Of a stretch of 7,355 bases of DNA, positions 1 to 6,240 are shown piece by piece (the stretch's first letter is position 1; every line of letters starts with the position of its first letter). The stretch comes from Dictyostelium discoideum (Eukaryota): assembly GCA_000004695.1 (NCBI GenBank), contig CH709171.1, positions 1 to 7,355 of the forward strand. The letters are read 5' to 3'. The notes under the pieces are model-generated. The model worked only from the letters and a program-made list of their open reading frames with translations. It was not told the origin of the DNA and ran no database searches. Both the position numbers and the translations under genes were made by a program.

Positions 1-190
1 TACCCAAAAGGGATCGATCCCCCGACCCTCTATCAAAGGTAGTCTCATCAACCATTACACCATTTGATTGCTTTGATGAAAATTTAAAAATGATAGAATA
101 TTTTATCCCCATTTTTTTTTTCTAAAATTAGATCTTTTTTATTAAAAACCTTAAATTTATGTTTAAAGGAAATTTAAATTCACTTTAAAT

Positions 191-212
191 CTACTTTAAA
201 TCTACTTTAAAT
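191..212. repeat. Tandem 11-mer ctactttaaat x2, preceded by a partial cactttaaat unit. A2 carries x3 at 5629-5661.
   Basis: Seen in sequence. Confidence 0.8.
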
Positions 213-258
213 CCTATTTAAAATTAATTTAAAATAAATTTTAAAGGTATTTTTAAAT

Positions 259-329
259 ATCTTAAAAATTATCTTAAAAATTACCTTAAAAATCACCTTT
301 AAAATCACCTTTAAAATCACCTTTAAAAT
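259..329. repeat. Tandem units atcttaaaaatt x2, accttaaaaat, cacctttaaaat x3 (294-329). A2 has x4 of the last unit at 5743-5790.
   Basis: Seen in sequence. TTTAAA/TTAAAA cores recur with an 11-12 bp period. Confidence 0.8.
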
Positions 330-512
330 TGCTTAAAAATTTATTTTAAAGCAAATTTTAAAGGCATTTTTAAATATCTTAAAAATTACCTTAAAAATTA
401 CCTTAAAAATGAATTTTTTAAACGCGGCTTTAAATTCAATTTAAATCCAATTTAAATCAACTTTTCTTTAAATTTGCTTTAAAGGTTCATTTTTCTTTGC
501 TGTGTCGCTGTG

Positions 513-839
513 TACTTGTGTGACCCTTGAACACACAGAAATAATTAATAATAAATAATAAATAACAAATAATATTATATCTCTTATATAATATAATAAA
601 GCTTTCGTTTGTGCACAATTTGGAATAAAACAACAATGAATTAATTTTTATTTTATTTTCTATTTATACTAAAATTAATTTTACTAAAGAAACCATTGGT
701 AAAATTTCCGAGAATAAAGTAAGAATCTTGTATTTGTTAACGTCTTTTCAGTTACAAATTTATTTCTATATTTGTATTTTACCAGGGTTAAAAACTTTAT
801 ATATTAATTTATGTCGCTTAATTGTTCGCGATTATTACA
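513..839 (-). repeat. 3' LTR of the minus-strand element. It equals 5191-5517 with one mismatch (c709 vs t5387). The boundary may be 517 if the LTR begins TGTGTG on plus.
   Basis: Direct repeat of 5191-5517. In element orientation it begins TGTAATAATCG and ends GGGTCACACA(AGTA). The IN stop codon (818-820) lies inside it. Confidence 0.9.
661..668 (-). promoter_or_regulatory. TATAAATA box within the 3' LTR U3 region (minus strand). AATAAA motifs lie just downstream in element orientation.
   Basis: Plus tatttata is the reverse complement of TATAAATA. Position within the LTR is consistent with a U3 promoter. Confidence 0.45.
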
Positions 840-1669
840 CTCACCCCCGCTCTATTTGATTTTGGGAGTACTACAGGGAGTTGTGTTACAGCTTGACCAT
901 GTTGTGGTGTGCTAGTTGATGGTGGTGGACTCGATACTACAATACTTGGATTAACTAATCTGCTGAATGATAATTCATTCATTGATACTTGGGATGGTTG
1001 ATTTATGAATGAAGGTAATTGGTTCAATTTGTTTATTTTGTTGAAATATCTCTTGCAATTTCTTAATGACTGTGTTGTTGACATGTTTGAACCCAATGGT
1101 ACTTGTATTTGTATTGTTTGGTTTGAAAGTATCCTAACAACTTTAAACGGTCCAATCCAACTTGGTCTGAACTTCTTTAATTCTTCTTCTTTTACGGTTT
1201 GATTTTTCAAGAGTACATAATCTCCCGGTGAGATTGAATTCTTTCTTGTTTTTAATCCATCATAATATTGCTTCTGCTTTGTTTGAGATTCTTGAATTTT
1301 TGTTTTTGCAATCTCTAAACTTTTGTTGATTGTTTCTTCCAACTTTCCAACATAATTATCATTGGTTGTTGCTGAATTATTGAATGGATTTAATGTACCA
1401 AGATCACTTGGTATAGTTGCTTCTCTTCCATAAAGCATTGAGAATGGGCTTGCACCTGTTGATGTATGGACTGAGATTCGATATGCGAATAAACATGAAT
1501 CAAGATACAAATCCCACATAGTGTGAACTTCTTGTGTGAATGATTTTAACATAATTACGATGGTCTTATTGAACCTTTCAACTAATCCATCAGTCTGTGG
1601 GTGGTATGGGCTTGTATTTACTTTCTTTACTTTGAATAATTCATTTACACTACTTATAACTTTATTCAA
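818..1669 (-). CDS. pol: Integrase C-terminal part: third DDE residue (HPQTDGLVERFN), GPY/F module (WIGPFKV), S/P/T-rich tail. No chromodomain. The frame is actually open upstream to 1768. The listed start is TTG.
   Basis: Translation contains TSPYHPQTDGLVERFNKT and FRPSWIGPFKVV. The upstream extension reads IISRHGCPKRLLSDCGTSF. The stop codon lies inside the 3' LTR. Confidence 0.85.
   Translation of the reverse strand: MNKVISSVNELFKVKKVNTSPYHPQTDGLVERFNKTIVIMLKSFTQEVHTMWDLYLDSCLFAYRISVHTSTGASPFSMLYGREATIPSDLGTLNPFNNSATTNDNYVGKLEETINKSLEIAKTKIQESQTKQKQYYDGLKTRKNSISPGDYVLLKNQTVKEEELKKFRPSWIGPFKVVRILSNQTIQIQVPLGSNMSTTQSLRNCKRYFNKINKLNQLPSFINQPSQVSMNELSFSRLVNPSIVVSSPPPSTSTPQHGQAVTQLPVVLPKSNRAGVSVIIANN
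840..853 (-). promoter_or_regulatory. Polypurine tract AGAGCGGGGGTGAG immediately 5' of the 3' LTR (element orientation). It is embedded in the IN coding sequence.
   Basis: Plus ctcacccccgctct is the reverse complement of AGAGCGGGGGTGAG. It is followed directly by the LTR start TGTAAT. Confidence 0.75.
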
Positions 1670-2117
1670 GAATGATGTACCACAATCCGATAGTAATCTT
1701 TTTGGACAACCGTGTCTTGATATAATTAAATTTGAAGTAATGTATTGCTGTTGTTTCGGCAGTGCAATCTACGGTTGCTGCTGCTTCAACCCACTTCGTA
1801 ACATAATCTGAAAACACAATTATGTACTTATGACCTGACATTGATGGTACTTTCATTGGTCCAACGAAATCTACTGCAACCAAGTCCCATGGTTTCTCTA
1901 CTATAATGGTTCCCAACTCTGGTGAGAACTTACTGAATGGACTGGTTTTCATCTTTTGACATATATCACAATTGTTGATGTATTCTTTAACATCCATACC
2001 CATATTATTCCAGTAATATCTTGATGCTAACTTTGAGTAGGTCTTTTGATATCCAAGATGTCCGCCAACTAATGAACAGTCGTGGAACTTCTCTAATACT
2101 TCTTTTTGCATTGACAT
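1662..2117 (-). CDS. pol: Integrase N-terminal part: HHCC zinc finger (H-x3-H ... C-x2-C) and first two DDE aspartates. It starts at ATG 2117. It is out of frame with the downstream IN part.
   Basis: Motifs FHDCSLVGGHLGYQ...CDICQ; AVDFVGP; IIVFSDYVTKW. Confidence 0.85.
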   Translation of the reverse strand: MSMQKEVLEKFHDCSLVGGHLGYQKTYSKLASRYYWNNMGMDVKEYINNCDICQKMKTSPFSKFSPELGTIIVEKPWDLVAVDFVGPMKVPSMSGHKYIIVFSDYVTKWVEAAATVDCTAETTAIHYFKFNYIKTRLSKKITIGLWYIILE

Positions 2118-2179
2118 TGGTACAACTATTCAAATGGCTACTATTTGAGGTCTCTTAAAGAATAATGTTGGATTTACTA

Positions 2180-2680
2180 TTAATCTAAGTATTTAAAGAT
2201 TGGGACTAAGTGTTTATCTTTTCTTTGTTCCTCTGCAATCTTTAAGTCTAAGATTGAATCTAATTTGACTGATTCACCCATTGATATAACTGACATTACT
2301 TCTTCTACTGGACAACTACTAAGTGCGTCTGCAAAAGTATTCTCCTTACCACTTCTATATTTAAATGTGATATTGTAACTAGCCAACTTAACATTCCAAT
2401 TGATAAATCTCTTGTTTCTGATCTTCCCAAGATCATTTCTAAGGAATGATACTGCACTGTTATCAGTGACTACTAATGTTTCTTGGGTGCCAATGATATA
2501 ATGAAATTCTTCTAATGCACATACTACGCTTAAACATTCTTTTTCAGAGGCTGAGTAATTCTTTTCAGTGTCTCTGATGGTTCTTGAATAGAATGATATA
2601 ATACCGTGATCTTGACAAAGAGTTGCTCCAACACCGATATCACTTGCATCAGTTTCGAGTTTGAATGGTTTCTGAATCAA
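2180..2680 (-). CDS. pol: RNase H domain (TDASDIGVGATLCQ, SASEKECL, VVTDNSAV). In frame with RT but separated from it by a TAA at 2684-2686.
   Basis: Conserved Ty3/gypsy RNase H motifs. The listed start is TTG. Confidence 0.85.
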   Translation of the reverse strand: MIQKPFKLETDASDIGVGATLCQDHGIISFYSRTIRDTEKNYSASEKECLSVVCALEEFHYIIGTQETLVVTDNSAVSFLRNDLGKIRNKRFINWNVKLASYNITFKYRSGKENTFADALSSCPVEEVMSVISMGESVKLDSILDLKIAEEQRKDKHLVPIFKYLD

Positions 2681-2683
2681 TTG

Positions 2684-3631
2684 TTATGTATCTGGGTACA
2701 CTAAAATGATCTTATTGTTCTTCAACCTTTCGATTATATTGATACAGATTGACTTATAAGCGTCATTCCATTCGAATATGGTGTCTTGTCTTAATAATTG
2801 GTATATTGGTTTGATTTTTGATGCGAAATTATCTACAAATTTCCTGAAGAAATTTAATGTGCCGATCAATCTTTGTAATTCTTTTACATTCTTTGGATCT
2901 AATAACTTCATTAATGGATCTAGTCTATCATAATCTATTTGAACACCATTCGATTCTATGATATGACCTAAGAATTTTACTTCTTCTTGGAAAAATTGAC
3001 ATTTGCTCAATTTGGCTAACAGTTTATTATCTCTCATTTTCTTGAAGATACCTTCTAGATGTGGTGTATGATCCATTACTGATTTTGAGTGAGATAATAT
3101 ATCATCATAAAATGATTGTAAGGTAAGTCTATTCTCCTCTTTGAATATCTTGTGAATGGTCCTTTGGAAGACTGCTGGTGCATTACACAATCCAAATGGC
3201 ATTACATTGAATTCGAATAAACCTTGTGGTACTGAAAAGGCTGTTAAGTATTTATCACCTTCTCTAATTCGTATTTGATAGTATCCACTTATCATGTCTA
3301 ATTTTGAGTATACATGAGATCCTTTAATTTGATTCCATATTTCATTAATATCTGGTATTGGATATCGATCCTTTACAGTGATATTATTTAATTTTGTATA
3401 ATTAATACACATTCTCATACTCCCGTCTGGTTTTGGACGTAATACTACACTTGATGATACTTGACTATTTGATTCTCTTATAATCTTGTACTTTAATAAT
3501 TCTTTAATATGTTCATCTAAGAAGTCTTTTTGTTCATTTGTGAACTTCACTGGATATGCTTGAAATGATGCATCCTTTTGAGTTAACTTGATTTGATGTT
3601 CAACTCCACTAATCGCACCTGGTTCAGTCAA
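2684..3631 (-). CDS. pol: Reverse transcriptase (YPIPDI, LDMISGYYQI, MPFGLCNAP, FYDDIL, KCQFF..FLGHII). The frame is open upstream to 3655, with a stop at 3656-3658. It is -1 relative to gag.
   Basis: RT motifs in the translation. The listed M is a TTG codon. Confidence 0.9.
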   Translation of the reverse strand: MTEPGAISGVEHQIKLTQKDASFQAYPVKFTNEQKDFLDEHIKELLKYKIIRESNSQVSSSVVLRPKPDGSMRMCINYTKLNNITVKDRYPIPDINEIWNQIKGSHVYSKLDMISGYYQIRIREGDKYLTAFSVPQGLFEFNVMPFGLCNAPAVFQRTIHKIFKEENRLTLQSFYDDILSHSKSVMDHTPHLEGIFKKMRDNKLLAKLSKCQFFQEEVKFLGHIIESNGVQIDYDRLDPLMKLLDPKNVKELQRLIGTLNFFRKFVDNFASKIKPIYQLLRQDTIFEWNDAYKSICINIIERLKNNKIILVYPDT

Positions 3632-4365
3632 TGTATTTGTGAATACATCCTGGGACTAACTCTCTTTAAATCTTGCTGGTTTGTTGTAAAAGATACTTGT
3701 TCAGTAATGGTATTGACTTCTTCTTTGCACTGATTTGCAAAGTGACCAAGCTTGCCACATTTATAACATTTAAGTGGTTTCCCTTTTGGTTTGTTTTTAT
3801 ATTGGTGTTTTTTAACGTTTGCATAATTGTTCTGTTCTTGTTTAACATTATAATCAGGGTGTTTACCTGATGGTGGAAATGGTATCCTGGTTGGTCTTAT
3901 AACTTGTTGTTGTCGTTGAATTTGGGGTTGTTGGTCTTGTACGTTATTATTGATTCTATTTTCTTTATCAATAAATTTGTCTGTAAATCCAGCATTGTAA
4001 AATTCTAAGCTATCATACTTGAATTTTGAATTTGCTTTTGTACGAGCTATCATTATAGCCTCATCTAATAATTTTGGTGCACCTTCGTCAATTGACTTTT
4101 TGATTTCTATATCACTGACCCCTCTAATAAATAATTCAATTTGTCTTTCACTGGTTAATGGAGGATTGATTTGAGCATTGAGTGATCCAAATGCTGTGAT
4201 GTACTTCATGAATTTATCAAATTTTTGATCGGTGAGTTTTGATAATTCATCTTCTGGTTTAAAAAATTTCTTCATATCATATCTTTTAATCATTTCTTTT
4301 TTTAAATCATTATAATTTTCTACTATTTTTGATTTTTGAATAAAAGTAGTTAATGCTGAACCCAA
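3628..4365 (-). CDS. gag: Gag, with CCHC zinc knuckle CYKCGKLGHFANQC near the C-terminus. The first in-frame ATG is at 4293. The frame stays open upstream to 4581, reading through poly-A as poly-Lys.
   Basis: CX2CX4HX4C motif. The ORF start at 4365 is TTG. The upstream extension has no ATG. Confidence 0.8.
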   Translation of the reverse strand: MGSALTTFIQKSKIVENYNDLKKEMIKRYDMKKFFKPEDELSKLTDQKFDKFMKYITAFGSLNAQINPPLTSERQIELFIRGVSDIEIKKSIDEGAPKLLDEAIMIARTKANSKFKYDSLEFYNAGFTDKFIDKENRINNNVQDQQPQIQRQQQVIRPTRIPFPPSGKHPDYNVKQEQNNYANVKKHQYKNKPKGKPLKCYKCGKLGHFANQCKEEVNTITEQVSFTTNQQDLKRVSPRMYSQIH

Positions 4366-4501
4366 AAAATATTTAATTATTTTTCTTTTGACTTCATTAT
4401 ATTCTCCATTATTTTCACCAGTGATTTCGATATATTCAAATAGTGTTGAAATATTTAATGACTCTAAGTCATTATCAGCAAAATAAATTTTATTTTTTGC
4501 C

Positions 4502-4557
4502 TTTTTTTTTTTTTTTTTTTTTTCTTTTTGAGAGGTTTTTTTTTTTTTTTTTTTTTT
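4502..4557. repeat. Two 22-nt poly-T tracts on plus (4502-4523 and 4536-4557), i.e. poly-A in the element leader. They lie in frame upstream of gag.
   Basis: Seen in sequence. Confidence 0.9.
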
Positions 4558-4569
4558 CTTGAAAAGTGT

Positions 4570-4680
4570 TTTGAACTTGATTTACTTGAATTAATTTGAT
4601 TTGATTAATTTATTTTAATTTGATATATCTTGATTTGGTTTACTTTGATTTGATTTACCTTGATTTGATTTTATTTTTAT
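4570..4680. repeat. Degenerate tandem repeats of ~11-15 bp (ttgatttgatt(t)a) in the element leader.
   Basis: Seen in sequence. Confidence 0.6.
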
Positions 4681-4785
4681 TTTGTAATGTTTGAAATTTA
4701 AATTAATTTTAATTGAATTTTGAAACTTGTATTATTTGAAATTAAATGGAATTTATTTAAATTATTATTATTTAATTTTAATTTG

Positions 4786-4848
4786 ATTTATTTAATTTAT
4801 TTAATTTATTTAATTTATTTAATTTATTTAATTTATTTGAAAATTTCC
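4786..4848. repeat. Tandem 9-mer (tttaattta) of about 6-7 copies in the element leader.
   Basis: Seen in sequence. Confidence 0.8.
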
Positions 4849-4972
4849 TTTTTTGGGACCAATATTTAAAAATTTTAATTAATTTAATTGAAAAATTGTT
4901 TTTTCAATTTTGAAACGTTTCTTTTTAATTAATTTTAAGGATTTTTAATTTTTTAAAAAATATATTTTTATA

Positions 4973-4983
4973 TTTTTTTTTTT

Positions 4984-5022
<39 letters not shown>

Positions 5023-5050
5023 CCCCAACCGAAACTATTATTTTTTTTTT
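4973..5050. repeat. Homopolymer cluster: T12 (4973-4984), T34 (4989-5022), T10 (5041-5050).
   Basis: Seen in sequence. Confidence 0.9.
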
Positions 5051-5177
5051 CTTATTTATAAACCTCTCCTAATGTGATTGTTGTTTTTATTATTACTATT
5101 ATTATTATTTGTTGACCGATGTCGCCAAATGTAATGAACGTCGTATTCCAATTCCTATGGGATACTCTTTATAATTT

Positions 5178-5193
5178 GTATATACGTATATAC
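5178..5193. repeat. 16-bp perfect palindrome GTATATACGTATATAC at the 5' LTR / internal-region boundary, where a PBS is expected.
   Basis: The reverse complement equals the sequence itself. It overlaps the first 3 nt of LTR2. Confidence 0.85.
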
Positions 5194-5517
5194 TTGTGTG
5201 ACCCTTGAACACACAGAAATAATTAATAATAAATAATAAATAACAAATAATATTATATCTCTTATATAATATAATAAAGCTTTCGTTTGTGCACAATTTG
5301 GAATAAAACAACAATGAATTAATTTTTATTTTATTTTCTATTTATACTAAAATTAATTTTACTAAAGAAACCATTGGTAAAATTTCTGAGAATAAAGTAA
5401 GAATCTTGTATTTGTTAACGTCTTTTCAGTTACAAATTTATTTCTATATTTGTATTTTACCAGGGTTAAAAACTTTATATATTAATTTATGTCGCTTAAT
5501 TGTTCGCGATTATTACA
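5191..5517 (-). repeat. 5' LTR of the minus-strand element.
   Basis: Direct repeat of 513-839 with 326/327 identity. It ends ...gattattaca at 5517 and is followed directly by repeat A2. Confidence 0.9.
5339..5346 (-). promoter_or_regulatory. TATAAATA box in the 5' LTR, the likely element promoter.
   Basis: Same position as 661-668 in the other LTR. Confidence 0.45.
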
Positions 5518-5963
5518 AAATTTAAAAATGATAGAATATTTTATCCCCATTTTTTTGTTCTAAAATTAGATCTTTTTTATTAAAAACCTTAAATTTATGT
5601 TTAAAGGAAATTTAAATTCACTTTAAATCTACTTTAAATCTACTTTAAATCTACTTTAAATCCTATTTAAAATAAAATTAAAATAAATTTTAAAGGTATT
5701 TTTAAATATCTTAAAAATTATCTTAAAAATTACCTTAAAAATCACCTTTAAAATCACCTTTAAAATCACCTTTAAAATCACCTTTAAAATTGCTTAAAAA
5801 TTTATTTTAAAGCAAATTTTAAAGGCATTTTTAAATATCTTAAAATTACCTTAAAAATTACCTTAAAAATGAATTTTTTAAACGCGGCTTTAAATTCAAT
5901 TTAAATCCAATTTAAATCAACTTTGCTTTAAATTTGCTTTAAAGGTGCATTTTTCTTTGCTGT
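5518..5963. repeat. Direct repeat A2 (446 bp), a copy of A1. It starts immediately after the 5' LTR.
   Basis: Aligns with 79-503. It has extra ctactttaaat and cacctttaaaat units and two 1-nt deletions. Confidence 0.85.
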
Positions 5964-6097
5964 ATATAAACCAATGCCAATAAAAAAAGAATATTGCCAT
6001 TTAAAAAGGTTTGTAATTCTTTAGAATAATTTTTTTTATTTTCATTTTTATTCCTAATATAGTTTACAAAAATTCAAAAAAAATTTTAAAAATTTAT

Positions 6098-6141
6098 CCG
6101 TTAAATAACGGCTTCGAAATCCGGACCTCGCTTTTAAAGCG
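6098..6141. other. Cluster of short palindromes (CCGTTAaaTAACGG 6098-6111; CGCTTTtAAAGCG 6129-6141) flanking a B-box-like motif GCTTCGAAATCC.
   Basis: Seen in sequence. The B-box resemblance (pol III consensus GGTTCGANTCC) is approximate: one extra A and G>C. Confidence 0.3.
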
Positions 6142-6187
6142 ATTAAAAAGCTAATTTTTAAGGTACAAAGCGAAGAAAAATGCACCT

Positions 6188-6240
6188 TTAAAGCCAATTT
6201 AAAGCAAATTCAATTTAAATTTGCTTTAAATTGGCTTTAA
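6188..6240. repeat. 23-bp perfect inverted repeat (ttaaagccaatttaaagcaaatt / aatttgctttaaattggctttaa) with a 7-bp spacer. It sits inside a degenerate A-like segment (~6180-6300).
   Basis: Arms 6188-6210 and 6218-6240 are exact reverse complements. Confidence 0.85.

Larger units (their letters stand above)
79..503. repeat. Direct repeat A1 (425 bp), rich in 11-12 bp TTTAAA-containing tandem units. About 98% identical to A2 at 5518-5963 apart from unit copy number.
   Basis: Read by eye from the sequence. 79-503 aligns with 5518-5963. Substitutions are few: T>G near 116; ttaatttaaaat vs aaaattaaaat; tttc/ttgc; gttc/gtgc. Indels fall only in the tandem units. Confidence 0.85.
513..5517 (-). mobile_element. 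Complete Ty3/gypsy-type LTR retrotransposon, ~5005 bp: LTR, leader, gag, RT, RNase H, IN, PPT, LTR. Possibly DGLT-A-like. Pol is interrupted.
   Basis: Direct 327-bp LTRs. Minus-strand ORFs carry CCHC, YDDI, RNase H DAS/E, IN HHCC + DDE + GPY/F, in Ty3/gypsy order. A PPT lies adjacent to the 3' LTR. Confidence 0.9.

Noticed and set aside
79-503. Tandem 11-12-bp repeats as a CRISPR-like array
   Set aside because: This is a eukaryotic AT-rich context. The units are contiguous with no unique spacers and are far shorter than CRISPR repeats. They are microsatellite-like.
818-1100. Chromodomain at the integrase C-terminus (as in Skipper-type chromoviruses)
   Set aside because: The C-terminal tail is S/P/T-rich with no Y/W-rich chromo-box pattern after the GPY/F module. 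It is not supported.
1005-1811. Plus-strand ORFs 1005..1202 and 1536..1811
   Set aside because: They lie antisense within the integrase coding region of the minus-strand element. They are short with no domain signatures. These are shadow ORFs.
2118-2182. Possible intron (GTAAAT...AAATAG) between RNase H and IN
   Set aside because: Removing it does not restore an open frame because the TAA precedes the GT. Retroelement cDNA copies would not retain a spliced intron. It is noted only as an alternative to the double-frameshift explanation.
3666-3870. ORFs 3666..3848 (-) and 3673..3870 (+) overlapping the gag 3' end
   Set aside because: They are alternative-frame or antisense shadows of gag. They are lysine/asparagine-rich or hydrophobic low-complexity, and gag CCHC occupies the real frame.
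818-4365. M at the start of the track ORFs for gag, RT, RNase H and the IN C-terminal part
   Set aside because: The underlying codons are TTG, because the ORF caller used alternative starts. They are not genuine initiators. The true frames extend further upstream and are annotated as such.
5105-5314. ORF 5105..5314 (-), 69 aa
   Set aside because: It spans the LTR boundary, the palindrome and the leader. It has no ATG context and a low-complexity translation. It is a chance open frame in AT-rich DNA.
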